Assembly: GCF_000009045.1 (NCBI RefSeq)
Contig: NC_000964.3
Coordinates: 240,001-272,000 of the forward strand
DNA length: 32,000 bases
Direction: 5' to 3'
Origin: Bacillus subtilis subsp. subtilis str. 168
GTDB lineage: Bacteria > Bacillota > Bacilli > Bacillales > Bacillaceae
In this document: piece after piece, positions 1 to 9,978 of the stretch
How the letters are laid out: each line of letters begins with the position of its first letter
Numbering within the stretch: the first letter of the stretch is position 1
The notes under the pieces: model-generated
The model's database searches: none
What the model was told of the DNA's origin: nothing
The model's input: the letters and a program-made list of their open reading frames with translations, nothing else
Translations under genes and position numbers: made by a program

Positions 1-1842
1 GCTCAGACTATTTAAAAGGTTTTGATAAGAGTCGATTTGTGACGCAGTGAGAGACGTTTGAGTGTCGCCCAATAAACCCGTGATATAGGCACCTGGTTTA
101 CCATTTGTAATGGTAATTGTGTTTGGTGAACCTTCACTTGGTATGGTTGCCAGAAGTGAAGTTGATAGAATAATATCCAACTCAGGTGATGTGAAAATGG
201 TTTCTGTCGTATCAAATTCAAACATCGCGTTTGCCAGACTTGTTAGATTTTCTAAAGCTGGAATGGTAGATAAAATGTCTGTCAGTGTACGCAGTCTTGC
301 ATCATATACCGGATCAGACGGCGGATTTACATTGCTTGCACCTGAGTCTCTTCCTGAATACCCGTCTTTATCAATCCCGATGCTTCCAGAGCCGCTTCCG
401 ATGGTTCCTTCATAAAATTGATCAAAGGCCCAGTTGTTTGGCATCGGATAGCCGAGATTGCCGCTAAATCCTGTTGACATATTTGCCACAAAACTATACT
501 TTGTCAGTCCTGCTTCAGATGTACGGATACAAATGTTTCTTGGTCCGTAAACCCCTATTTCATACTTAGGTGCGGTTGAAAATGTCTGCATTTTTGTAAA
601 TGCTGACTTAATCTCTTGGAAATAAGGAATGATTTTATCGGTCACTTCATAATCGTATGCATCAAAATCGACAGCGAAATAAATGGTCGTGCCTGACGGA
701 AAACCTAATCTTCTAGCAGCAGAAGCGGCACTATATGCATCTCTTGTGCCTTGGTCTTTGACAAAATAAGAAGATTCATAGCCGCCGTCTTGATAAATTG
801 GGAAAACCTTCAATCCGGCATCAAGAATAACTGCAAGCTCTTTAGATGTCAGGGCTTTAGATGTGAGGCCGCTGCTTGTCCGCACATTTCCGGTCAAATA
901 TCTGCCAACCGTTTTATAACCGTTATTCCGCAGTGTTTGAGCTTTTTCTGCGGTTATAATTGTAGCAGTGTCACAAGCAGAAGCGGTGCGAGTTGTGTCT
1001 CCTGAGCTTGATAATAAAGCTTTAATGGTTGGCATATCTGCATAACCTGTTTGCGGCAGGCACATGAACTCTTGAAATGCTTTAACAGCTGAAACAACAC
1101 CCACACCATATTTGCCGTCAAACTCACCAGGATCGAACGATTTTCCGTTACAATAGAGGGCGTACTGAACAATTAAGACAAATCCTGTTCTTGAATCGCC
1201 GGGAGTTAAAGTAGGGCACAAACTTGTGGTGCCGTTTCCGAAAAATCCATTGGCAACACTTGTGCTCATGCCTTCTTCTTTTTGCAGGGCATAAATAAGA
1301 GCTTTATTTGTATCGCGGCCATACAGTCCGTCACAAGGCATTAACCCGATATAGTCATTGTAGTCTCGATTTAAGTTTTGTTGAATCTGGCGAATTCTTG
1401 AATCACCCCCAGACACCAGCTTAAAAGCGCTCATGTCTAATAAGGCTTTCATAATTAACGTGGTGACAATCCCATCCTGTGTTGTCAGTCCGGCAGCTTT
1501 TTGAAATTCTTTTACCGCATTTTCTGTTTTTTCGTAAAAGACGCCTGTAAAACCGCCGGGATTAAAGCCTTTACACCATAAAGCCCCTTGTAAAATAAAA
1601 TTCATGTTGCTTGGTTTTGAATCTGGAGCTTGGCGTTTAAGAGGCTTAAATAAGCGCTGTGTTGTCGGCCCGAAGTTATCGGCTGGCTCTGAGATACCCA
1701 ATTCAATTTGAAGCGCCCGAGTCAGACCGTAGATCGTATCCCACCCAGTTTTCCCGCTTTCTTCAACTGGGTTATACCCATGTTTGCCGCTGTACGTATC
1801 GTTCAGCCATTGCTGTGTGATTAAGACCATTTCATCAACCAT
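1..1842 (-). CDS. ybfG: YbfG-like protein: N-terminal peptidoglycan-binding-like repeats plus DUF1906 (glycoside-hydrolase-like) domain; 3' end truncated by window edge
   Basis: Open frame read on minus strand from ATG at 1842 (MVDEMVLITQQWLNDTYSG...) with RBS AAAGGAGG, no stop to base 1; repeats such as FDGKYGVGVVSAVKAFQEFMCLPQTGYAD and the ...NNGYKTVGRYLTGN...IYFAVDFDAYD... DUF1906 pattern. Confidence 0.85.
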   Translation of the reverse strand, partial: MVDEMVLITQQWLNDTYSGKHGYNPVEESGKTGWDTIYGLTRALQIELGISEPADNFGPTTQRLFKPLKRQAPDSKPSNMNFILQGALWCKGFNPGGFTGVFYEKTENAVKEFQKAAGLTTQDGIVTTLIMKALLDMSAFKLVSGGDSRIRQIQQNLNRDYNDYIGLMPCDGLYGRDTNKALIYALQKEEGMSTSVANGFFGNGTTSLCPTLTPGDSRTGFVLIVQYALYCNGKSFDPGEFDGKYGVGVVSAVKAFQEFMCLPQTGYADMPTIKALLSSSGDTTRTASACDTATIITAEKAQTLRNNGYKTVGRYLTGNVRTSSGLTSKALTSKELAVILDAGLKVFPIYQDGGYESSYFVKDQGTRDAYSAASAARRLGFPSGTTIYFAVDFDAYDYEVTDKIIPYFQEIKSAFTKMQTFSTAPKYEIGVYGPRNICIRTSEAGLTKYSFVANMSTGFSGNLGYPMPNNWAFDQFYEGTIGSGSGSIGIDKDGYSGRDSGASNVNPPSDPVYDARLRTLTDILSTIPALENLTSLANAMFEFDTTETIFTSPELDIILSTSLLATIPSEGSPNTITITNGKPGAYITGLLGDTQTSLTASQIDSYQNLLNSLS

Positions 1843-1916
1843 TTCGATTCCTCCTTTGTTAGATTGCGTTCATTTATAGGTGGCAAACGTAGGACAAAAT
1901 AAAAAAATGGATGCCG

Positions 1917-2837
1917 TTAAGCATCCATTTTACATCCGTTCTCCAACAGCTTCGCTTTCGGTTTCAGCTCTGAAATGTAGAGGCCTAAAAGTGTAAGCGC
2001 GCCTCCTAGAAGAGCGATCCATGTCATGTTTTCGTGCAGAATCAGGACAGAAGCGGCGATCGTGATAACCGGGACCATGTAAATATACGCACTGGATTTG
2101 ACGGCTCCGAGCACTCCAACTGAATAATTCCAAGTGGCGAAGCACAGGGCAGAAGCGCCAATCCCTAAGAAAAGCATGTTGAGTATATTTGAAGCAGATG
2201 AAAATCGGCTTAGGTCAAAATGGAAGTCGAACAAAAATAAAGCGGGAACCATAAACAATAAACCATACAAAAATACTCTCTGTGTCAGCTCGATGATGTG
2301 GTATTCGTAGGCGCTTAATTTTTTCATGAATATCGAGTATCCGCCAAACACGAGAGCAGCCCCGGCTGCCATGATGTCTCCGAGCGGATTTAGACGCAGT
2401 ACCACATTGCCGTTAAACGTAATCAATAAAAGCCCGATCAGTGCCGAGATAAATCCAATCAAAAAAGTCAGACGCAATTTTTCGCCTTCGAGCAGAAAAT
2501 GGGCCAAAACCGCAGTGATCATCGGTATAATGGACACGATCATGCCGACATTGGAGGCGTATGTATAGGTGAGAGCTATATTTTCTAATAGAAAGTATAA
2601 GGTTACGCCAAATAAACCAGCTCCGGCAAACAACAGCTCCTGCCGCCAATTTCTGAACGGAATCATGTTGGGACGGACGAGGATAAGAGCGATAAAGCCC
2701 ATCAAAAACCGATAAAATAATATTTCCATTGGAGAGAAGTCAGCCAGCAGAACTTTTGTCGAAATAAAGGTCGTCCCCCAAATCAGAATGGTCACAATGG
2801 CTGCGATATGCCCCGAAGTTTCTCTTTGTATGTTCAT
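1917..2837 (-). CDS. ybfH: EamA/DMT-family transporter (10 TM drug/metabolite exporter)
   Basis: 306 aa ORF, hydrophobic repeats, EamA motifs ([25 protein letters not shown]); 4-nt overlap with ybfI. Confidence 0.9.
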
Positions 2838-3661
2838 CTGTGAAGCTCCTTTTCAAAAATCTTCATGTATTGCTTCGGCGTCAGCCCCACCTGCCGTTTA
2901 AAAAACTTCGTCATATGACTCTGATCGCTGAATCCTGTCTGAAATGCCGCATCAATCGGCCTTACCCCTTGTTCAAGGAGTTTTTTGGCTTGATTAATCC
3001 GGATTGTTTCCATGTAGCTATTAGGGGTAATGCCTTTTTGTTTTGTAAATGAACGCAATAAATGATACTTGCTCCAGCCTGTTAATTCACTCAAATCATT
3101 GAGTGTAACATTTTCGGCATAATGCTCTTCTAAAAATTCACAAACCATTTTGACTTCGTCTGATGGTTCTGGAACGCTGCTAAGGAACGTGACATCTGAA
3201 TAATGGCGGATCAGCTCCTCTAATAGATGAAGAAACAGCTCCTCCTTACGCAAAGCTTGTTTTTCCTCGGATATCAAAATATGCAATTCCTGCAGGCTGG
3301 CTGTCAGCTCATGGCGGAATAACACATGCTGGGAGAAATAAGGGAGATGCCCGGAGCCAGTAATCTCTTTCACCGCCTTCTCCATGATATCCGGCATGAC
3401 ATTGATACACCGATAATCAAGCGTCCGGCCGTCAATCTGTTCACAGCTATGCGTGTCACGGGGGTTAAAGAGGAGAAGATCACCTGGATTGATGATATAT
3501 TCTTGATCCTGACAGGCCAGATACCGTTGCCCTTTTTCAATAAATCCAATCACATAATAATCGTGAAAGTGGTTCGGGAACTTCTGCATAATTCCCTTGA
3601 AGCGGTAGGCTTCTATATGAAGGTGTGGGTCAAGCTGCAGTGTGCGGGTTTCGTTTTGCAT
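2834..3661 (-). CDS. ybfI: AraC-family transcriptional regulator (cupin-like N-terminus, C-terminal double HTH)
   Basis: 275 aa from ATG 3661 with AGGAGG upstream; C-terminal AraC signature [31 protein letters not shown]. Upstream ORF extension to 3706 lacks support. Confidence 0.9.
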
Positions 3662-3891
3662 GGGATGCCTCCTGTCGGTGTGGTGGTCTTGGATTAAGTG
3701 TAGCATGATTTTGGGGGATTTCTTGTATGATGTTGCTGTTTAGGAATAGAGAAAGCAGACCGTTATTTGTCTGCTTTCGTTTAAGAATTTAAAAGATTTT
3801 AACCCTCAATAATAATTTTATCTTTTTTAATAAAAATTTATTTTTCAAATATTTCAGTTATAATGGTTTGGAACAGATAGGAGGGGCAAAG

Positions 3892-5046
3892 ATGTATCAA
3901 TCAAAGAAGGTTTTATTGTTAGGTTCAGGTGAATTAGGTAAAGAGGTAGTGATTGAAGCCCAGCGTCTTGGGGTACAGACGGTGGCAGTTGACAGTTACG
4001 AGCATGCTCCGGCGATGCAGGTCGCGCATAACAGTTATGTCGTTGATATGCTGGACCCAGAGCAGATCAGAACCATCATTGAGAAAGAAAATCCGGATTT
4101 GATTGTGCCTGAGGTTGAGGCGATTGCGACGGATGAATTGCTGAAGCTTGAAGAGGAAGGATTTCACGTTATCCCGAATGCCCGTGCGGCCAAGCTGACG
4201 ATGGATCGGGAAGGCATCAGACGACTTGCGGCGGAAACGCTTGGACTTGCGACAGCTGGCTATGAATTTGCGAATACATATGATGAATTTATACAAGCGG
4301 CAGCTCAGATCGGTTTTCCTTGTGTCGTTAAACCATTGATGAGTTCTTCTGGAAAAGGCCAAAGTGTGTGCCGCTCTGAAGCGGATTTAGAGAGCTGCTG
4401 GGAGACGGCGATGGAAGGCGGACGGGTGAAAAACGGCCGCGTGATCGTTGAGGAGTTTATCCCTTTCGAATCAGAAATCACACTCTTAACCGTACGTGCG
4501 GTTAACGGTACGGCATTTTGTGAGCCGATCGGTCATGTGCAAAAGGACGGGGATTATATCGAATCGTGGCAGCCGCATGATATGACAGAGCAGCAAATAG
4601 AAGAAGCGAAGCATATTGCGAAAACGATCACGGATGAGCTTGGCGGATACGGCCTGTTTGGTGTTGAGCTGTTCCTTGCGAAAGATAGGGTATATTTCAG
4701 TGAGGTATCTCCTCGTCCGCATGATACGGGTCTTGTCACGCTGGTGACGCAAAATTTGTCAGAATTTGCGCTGCATGTCCGGGCGATTCTCGGCTTTCCG
4801 ATTACAGAAATCACACAGCTTTCTCCTGGCGCCAGCAGGCCCCTCAAAGCGCCGGAAGAATTAGCGGATTACACTGTTGAAGGATTGGAAAACGCACTGG
4901 CAGTCCCAAAGACTCAAGTGCGCGTCTTTGGAAAGCCGATAACAAAAGCCGGACGTCGTATGGCAGTTGCGCTTTCTGCTGCTGATTCAGTTGAAACGGC
5001 AAGAGAGAATGCAAAGAAAGCGTTGGACCAGCTAATTTTAAAATAG
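3892..5046 (+). CDS. purT: Phosphoribosylglycinamide formyltransferase 2 (formate-dependent, ATP-grasp)
   Basis: 384 aa from ATG 3892 ([19 protein letters not shown]), ATP-grasp motifs, RBS GGAGGGG. Confidence 0.95.
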   Translation: MYQSKKVLLLGSGELGKEVVIEAQRLGVQTVAVDSYEHAPAMQVAHNSYVVDMLDPEQIRTIIEKENPDLIVPEVEAIATDELLKLEEEGFHVIPNARAAKLTMDREGIRRLAAETLGLATAGYEFANTYDEFIQAAAQIGFPCVVKPLMSSSGKGQSVCRSEADLESCWETAMEGGRVKNGRVIVEEFIPFESEITLLTVRAVNGTAFCEPIGHVQKDGDYIESWQPHDMTEQQIEEAKHIAKTITDELGGYGLFGVELFLAKDRVYFSEVSPRPHDTGLVTLVTQNLSEFALHVRAILGFPITEITQLSPGASRPLKAPEELADYTVEGLENALAVPKTQVRVFGKPITKAGRRMAVALSAADSVETARENAKKALDQLILK

Positions 5047-5052
5047 AGTTTG

Positions 5053-5087
5053 AACAGGTCTTGTCATGGGACAAGGCCTGTTTTTTT
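5053..5087 (+). terminator. Rho-independent terminator of purT
   Basis: AACAGGTCTTGTcatgggACAAGGCCTGTTTTTTT. Confidence 0.9.
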
Positions 5088-5189
5088 CTTTCTCCGTAAA
5101 AGTTTTATCATAAGAATCAGAAACCTGATTATAATGTAAAAGTCTTCCATCGATACGGGTGGTTGACACTAAAGGAGGGAGATGACAAA

Positions 5190-6131
5190 ATGAAATTAGT
5201 TCCAAGATTCAGAAAACAATGGTTCGCTTACTTAACGGTTTTGTGTTTGGCTTTGGCAGCAGCGGTTTCTTTTGGCGTACCGGCAAAAGCGGCAGAGAAC
5301 CCGCAAACTTCTGTATCGAATACCGGTAAAGAAGCTGATGCTACGAAAAACCAAACGTCAAAAGCAGATCAGGTTTCCGCCCCTTATGAGGGAACCGGAA
5401 AAACAAGTAAATCGTTATACGGCGGCCAAACGGAACTGGAAAAAAACATTCAAACCTTACAGCCTTCGAGCATTATCGGAACTGATGAACGCACCAGAAT
5501 CTCCAGCACGACATCTTTTCCATATAGAGCAACCGTTCAACTGTCAATCAAGTATCCCAACACTTCAAGCACTTATGGATGTACCGGATTTTTAGTCAAT
5601 CCAAATACAGTCGTCACGGCTGGACATTGTGTGTACAGCCAGGATCATGGATGGGCTTCGACGATAACCGCCGCGCCGGGCCGCAATGGTTCGTCATATC
5701 CGTACGGTACTTATTCAGGCACGATGTTTTACTCCGTCAAAGGATGGACGGAAAGCAAAGACACCAACTATGATTACGGAGCTATTAAATTAAACGGTTC
5801 TCCTGGAAACACGGTTGGCTGGTACGGCTACCGGACTACAAACAGCAGCAGTCCCGTGGGCCTTTCCTCGTCAGTGACAGGATTCCCATGTGACAAAACC
5901 TTTGGCACGATGTGGTCTGATACAAAGCCGATTCGCTCCGCTGAAACGTATAAGCTGACCTATACAACCGATACGTACGGCTGCCAAAGCGGCTCGCCTG
6001 TTTATCGAAACTACAGTGATACAGGGCAGACAGCTATTGCCATTCACACGAACGGAGGATCGTCATATAACTTGGGAACAAGGGTGACGAACGATGTATT
6101 CAACAATATTCAATATTGGGCAAATCAATAA
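5190..6131 (+). CDS. mpr: Extracellular metalloprotease / glutamyl endopeptidase-type serine protease precursor
   Basis: 313 aa from ATG 5190 with RBS AAAGGAGGGAG; signal peptide MKLVPRFRKQWFAYLTVLCLALAAAVSFGVPAKAA; trypsin-like motifs TVVTAGHCVYS and GCQSGSPVY. Confidence 0.95.
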   Translation: MKLVPRFRKQWFAYLTVLCLALAAAVSFGVPAKAAENPQTSVSNTGKEADATKNQTSKADQVSAPYEGTGKTSKSLYGGQTELEKNIQTLQPSSIIGTDERTRISSTTSFPYRATVQLSIKYPNTSSTYGCTGFLVNPNTVVTAGHCVYSQDHGWASTITAAPGRNGSSYPYGTYSGTMFYSVKGWTESKDTNYDYGAIKLNGSPGNTVGWYGYRTTNSSSPVGLSSSVTGFPCDKTFGTMWSDTKPIRSAETYKLTYTTDTYGCQSGSPVYRNYSDTGQTAIAIHTNGGSSYNLGTRVTNDVFNNIQYWANQ

Positions 6132-6492
6132 ATACAGCAAACTAGCCATATTCATGTCTATTTTGTTTTTATGCGGGTGCAGTTCGCAGACGCATTCTTC
6201 TCAAAAAGAAACGACTATTCCTGTCACTCTTCATGTGGAGGATGCTAAGGGGCTGCCGGTCGAAGGGGTTCAAGTGACGATTGTCAAAGCGCCCTCTTCA
6301 GATGAGGAGCCGAGTACAGAGATTGGCGAGATACTCGGTAAAACAGACAAAAACGGAGATATCAAATGGGATACCGGCAGAAAAGGCGATTACTCAGTCG
6401 CGTTGACGAAGGGTGAAACATCAGTAACCCATCACATCTCGTTAACAGAGGATAAAAAAGATCATGCCATTCCATTAGTCTTCAAAGAATAG
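6094..6492 (+). CDS. ybfJ: Putative small lipoprotein with Ig/transthyretin-like domain
   Basis: 132 aa ORF, hydrophobic segment ending FLCGC (lipobox-like), overlaps mpr 3' end by 38 nt. Confidence 0.75.
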   Translation: MYSTIFNIGQINKYSKLAIFMSILFLCGCSSQTHSSQKETTIPVTLHVEDAKGLPVEGVQVTIVKAPSSDEEPSTEIGEILGKTDKNGDIKWDTGRKGDYSVALTKGETSVTHHISLTEDKKDHAIPLVFKE

Positions 6493-6526
6493 CAGTTTCC
6501 TTGATTTTAAGGGAACTGCCTTTTTT
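6492..6526 (+). terminator. Terminator after mpr-ybfJ
   Basis: GCAGTTTCCttgattttaaGGGAACTGCCTTTTTT. Confidence 0.85.
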
Positions 6527-6657
6527 ATTTATTGCAGGAAACCAAACTATATACTGGAAATTTATTATGTGAGATAATAAGAAATAGGTATTTTTTCTTA
6601 CGAGACAAAAGGGGCGTTATCCTTTATATCAATCAAACCCGGAGGAAAAAGAAGAAG

Positions 6658-7548
6658 ATGATACAAGATTCAATGCAGTTTGCCGCGGTTGAAAGTGGTC
6701 TGCGCTTTTACCAGGCATATGATCAAAGCCTTTCTTTGTGGCCGATTGAGTCGGAAGCATTCTATGTTTCTACTCGTTTTGGAAAAACACATATCATTGC
6801 AAGTGGGCCAAAGGACGCACCTTCGCTCATTTTGCTTCACGGAGGCCTTTTCAGCTCTGCGATGTGGTATCCGAATATCGCAGCGTGGAGCAGTCAATTT
6901 CGTACATATGCGGTCGATATAATAGGAGACAAAAATAAAAGTATACCATCAGCAGCCATGGAAACGAGAGCTGATTTTGCAGAATGGATGAAAGATGTCT
7001 TTGATTCTCTTGGACTTGAGACGGCACATCTGGCCGGCCTTTCGCTTGGCGGGTCCCATATCGTGAATTTCTTACTCCGCGCGCCTGAAAGAGTAGAGCG
7101 GGCGGTTGTTATCAGTCCCGCTGAAGCGTTTATTTCATTTCATCCGGATGTCTATAAATACGCTGCAGAGCTTACAGGGGCAAGAGGAGCTGAATCATAT
7201 ATCAAGTGGATCACAGGCGACAGTTATGATCTGCATCCTTTACTGCAAAGACAAATTGTGGCGGGCGTGGAATGGCAGGATGAGCAAAGGAGCCTGAAGC
7301 CGACAGAAAACGGCTTTCCGTACGTGTTCACAGACCAGGAATTGAAATCAATACAAGTCCCGGTACTTCTGATGTTCGGTGAGCACGAGGCTATGTACCA
7401 TCAGCAAATGGCCTTTGAGCGGGCTTCGGTATTGGTGCCGGGAATTCAGGCTGAAATCGTAAAGAACGCCGGACATCTGTTATCTCTGGAGCAGCCAGAG
7501 TACGTCAATCAACGCGTCTTGTCCTTTTTATGCGGGGGGATAAAATAG
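6658..7548 (+). CDS. ybfK: Alpha/beta hydrolase (carboxylesterase-like)
   Basis: 296 aa from ATG 6658 behind CGGAGG; nucleophile elbow GLSLGGSH, catalytic His in NAGHLLSLEQPEY. Confidence 0.88.
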   Translation: MIQDSMQFAAVESGLRFYQAYDQSLSLWPIESEAFYVSTRFGKTHIIASGPKDAPSLILLHGGLFSSAMWYPNIAAWSSQFRTYAVDIIGDKNKSIPSAAMETRADFAEWMKDVFDSLGLETAHLAGLSLGGSHIVNFLLRAPERVERAVVISPAEAFISFHPDVYKYAAELTGARGAESYIKWITGDSYDLHPLLQRQIVAGVEWQDEQRSLKPTENGFPYVFTDQELKSIQVPVLLMFGEHEAMYHQQMAFERASVLVPGIQAEIVKNAGHLLSLEQPEYVNQRVLSFLCGGIK

Positions 7549-7675
7549 TAAGGAACATGAAAAGATTGGCATTCATTTTTCAAAAGGTAACAAATGTTGT
7601 ATAATAATAGAATTTGAATGCTGCTTTTTTTGGGAGCATTCTATGTTATCATGCTTATTGGAGAAAAATTTTTCC

Positions 7676-7701
7676 TGTAACGCTATTCGATCACTATCGT
7701 C
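7676..7701 (+). promoter_or_regulatory. ECF-sigma promoter (SigX-type) upstream of pssA
   Basis: TGTAAC-N16-CGTC at 7676-7681 / 7698-7701, about 43 nt upstream of the pssA GTG start. Confidence 0.75.
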
Positions 7702-7743
7702 AAATAATATAGATGGTTTTACAATTGGAGGTTTGGTTACACT

Positions 7744-8277
7744 GTGAATTACATCCCCTGTATGATTACGATAGGAAACTTCATTTGCGGATTGCTGGCG
7801 ATTCATTCCTTGCTATATCACAACATTCATTCAGCAGTGCTTTTTATTTTTACAGGCATGTTCCTTGATTTCTTTGACGGGATGGCTGCTCGTAAGCTGA
7901 ATGCCGTTTCTGATATGGGGAGAGAACTGGATTCGTTTGCCGATCTGGTTACGTTTGGGGTGGCTCCTTCTATGCTTGCTTACAGTGTCGCGTTGTATAC
8001 CCTGCCATTTATCGGGATCTTATGCGCATTGACGTACAGCATTTGCGGAATGCTTCGCCTCTCTAAATTTAACATTGAACAAAGCAAGCTCCCGACGTTT
8101 ATCGGTATGCCGATTCCGTTTGCGGGCATGTGTCTCGTTATTCTAAGCTTCACCTATAACCCGATCCTTCTGGCAATCGGCACTTGCGGACTCTCATATT
8201 TGATGGTGAGTAAAATAAAATTCCCTCATTTTAAAAAACATGCGGCAGAAAACCTGGAGTCTGGGAGATGGAATTAG
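7744..8277 (+). CDS. pssA: CDP-diacylglycerol--serine O-phosphatidyltransferase
   Basis: 177 aa, GTG start; CDP-alcohol phosphatidyltransferase motif DFFDGMAARKLNAVSDMGRELDSFADL. Confidence 0.95.
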   Translation: MNYIPCMITIGNFICGLLAIHSLLYHNIHSAVLFIFTGMFLDFFDGMAARKLNAVSDMGRELDSFADLVTFGVAPSMLAYSVALYTLPFIGILCALTYSICGMLRLSKFNIEQSKLPTFIGMPIPFAGMCLVILSFTYNPILLAIGTCGLSYLMVSKIKFPHFKKHAAENLESGRWN

Positions 8278-8756
8278 TTCAGCAGCTCATAGCGGATTAC
8301 GGTTATCTCGCTATTTTTTTGATGCTGGTATTAGGAATTGTAGGATTGCCGATTCCAGATGAAGTGATGATGACCGTTGTTGGCTATTTCACGCATACCG
8401 ATGTATTGAATTATGAGCTTTCGATATTGATTAGTTTTGTCGGGGCTTTGTTAGGTATGCTGATCAGCTACATGATTGGCAGAAAAGCCGGACGCCCGTT
8501 TATCGACAAGTACGGCAAGTGGGTCGGCTTAAAAGAAAAAAGAATGATGAAAGTGGAAAAATGGATGAAGAAATACGGTCCATATTCTCTTATTTTAGGT
8601 TATTTTATTCCCGGCGTCAGACATGTGACGTGCTACTTTTCGGGGATCGGCAAAATGGATCTGAAAACGTATGTTGCGTTTGCTGCAATCGGCGCCTTTT
8701 TATGGTGCTTTGTTTTTATTACAATCGGAAGGGTTATAGGGATTATTCATGTTTAA
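8268..8756 (+). CDS. ybfM: DedA-family membrane protein (reported phosphatidylethanolamine flippase PetA)
   Basis: 162 aa; DedA/SNARE-associated motifs (GLPIPDEVMMTVVGYF, YFIPGVRH); overlaps pssA and psd ends. Confidence 0.9.
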   Translation: MELVQQLIADYGYLAIFLMLVLGIVGLPIPDEVMMTVVGYFTHTDVLNYELSILISFVGALLGMLISYMIGRKAGRPFIDKYGKWVGLKEKRMMKVEKWMKKYGPYSLILGYFIPGVRHVTCYFSGIGKMDLKTYVAFAAIGAFLWCFVFITIGRVIGIIHV

Positions 8757-9540
8757 TACGGCTGTAAAGATTCTGTATCGATCATTGATAGAGCTGACGA
8801 ATCATCGTCTGTCATCCTATCTGATTAAAGGATTTTGCGAGTCGAAAATCAGCAAACCGGTCATTCCGCTTTTCTCAAAACATTTTCGGCTGAATTGGGA
8901 TGATGTGGACGGTACGGCTGCTGATTACGGATCGCTGTCCGAATTGTTCATTCGACAAATAAATCTGGAGCGGCGCCCTGTGTCAAAAGAGGCGCATGCG
9001 GTGGTCAGCCCTGTTGACGGTGTGGTTCAGACGGTAGGAATCATCAACCCGAATCAAACCTTTACGGTGAAGGGAAAAGATTACTCATTCGCTGAGCTGA
9101 CCGGCTGTAAAAGCGCAGACCATCAATACAACGGCGGATATTTCGTCGTGCTGTATTTAAGCCCGAGGCATTATCACCGTTTCCATTCTCCGATCAGCTG
9201 CAGGTATCAAAAGCTGGCCGAGCTCGGAAATCGCTCATACCCGGTAAATCAACTAGGCTTAAAATACGGGAAAGATGTGCTGTCGAAAAATTATCGGTTT
9301 GTGTACGAGCTGAATAGCGGCAGCCGAAATGTCCTGATGATTCCTGTCGGCGCGATGAATATTAATTCTATCGTGCAGACGAATACCCGTACTGAATTGG
9401 AGATCGGCGAGGAGCTGGGATACTTTTCATTTGGCTCAACCGTCATTTTGGTTTTTGAAAAAGACGCGTTCCAGCCGTCCGCCCATTTAGCAGAAGGCCA
9501 AGAAGTCCAAGTCGGAGAACTGATAGGTTACGAAGAATAA
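8749..9540 (+). CDS. psd: Phosphatidylserine decarboxylase proenzyme
   Basis: 263 aa; AVVSPVDG, YLSPRHYHRFH and the GST autocleavage site in YFSFGSTV. Confidence 0.95.
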   Translation: MFNTAVKILYRSLIELTNHRLSSYLIKGFCESKISKPVIPLFSKHFRLNWDDVDGTAADYGSLSELFIRQINLERRPVSKEAHAVVSPVDGVVQTVGIINPNQTFTVKGKDYSFAELTGCKSADHQYNGGYFVVLYLSPRHYHRFHSPISCRYQKLAELGNRSYPVNQLGLKYGKDVLSKNYRFVYELNSGSRNVLMIPVGAMNINSIVQTNTRTELEIGEELGYFSFGSTVILVFEKDAFQPSAHLAEGQEVQVGELIGYEE

Positions 9541-9577
9541 AAAGAGGAGCTTGCATAAACGCAGCGCCTCTTTTTTT
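9541..9577 (+). terminator. Terminator after psd
   Basis: AAAGAGGAGCttgcataaacgcaGCGCCTCTTTTTTT. Confidence 0.8.
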
Positions 9578-9594
9578 GAAGAAAGGTGAGATTC

Positions 9595-9873
9595 ATGGAG
9601 AAACAAATCATCAGCTGGATTACAGATTATCAGAACACCGGAGATGAAGCCGTCCTGCGGCAAGTGCGAGAAGTGTGCTGGCCGATCGTTGAAGCGGTTT
9701 TGCAAGAGAAAGTAATGGATGATGAACAAGCGAACAATTTGCGCGAAAAAGGAATCGAGCGGTTTCCATTCATCATCAGCAAATACCAAGCGGATGTGCA
9801 GCTTCCGGTTGAGACATTTTTACAAAATACGTATCGGTTTTACTTTCATCAGGTGATGAGAGAATCCAGCTAA
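9595..9873 (+). CDS. ybfN: Small conserved protein, function unknown
   Basis: [27 protein letters not shown]... from ATG 9595 preceded by AAGGTGAG. Confidence 0.8.
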
Positions 9874-9904
9874 AGCTTCTTTCAACAGAGAAGCTTTTTT
9901 TTGT
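9872..9904 (+). terminator. Terminator after ybfN
   Basis: AAAGCTTCTttcaacagAGAAGCTTTTTTTT. Confidence 0.85.
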
Positions 9905-9915
9905 TGGCAGGAAAA

Positions 9916-9942
9916 GGAAACTTTTTCTATATCTATCTCGTA
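9916..9942 (+). promoter_or_regulatory. ECF-sigma promoter (SigW-type) upstream of ybfO
   Basis: GGAAAC-N17-CGTA, with start codon downstream at 9979. Confidence 0.65.
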
Positions 9943-9978
9943 ATGACTAGAGAACCTAGCAGAAAAGGAGAGATAGAA

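Noticed and set aside
7573-7806. 77-aa minus-strand ORF across the pssA promoter region
   Set aside because: Covers the ECF promoter and the pssA start, has low-complexity composition and no RBS; best read as chance
9884-9904. T-rich stretch after ybfN as a possible phase-variable tract
   Set aside because: It is the T-run of a normal terminator
9901-9978. N-terminal extension of ybfO in the ORF track
   Set aside because: Would overlap the ybfN terminator and the SigW-type promoter; TTG at 9979 has a proper RBS and gives a normal signal peptide
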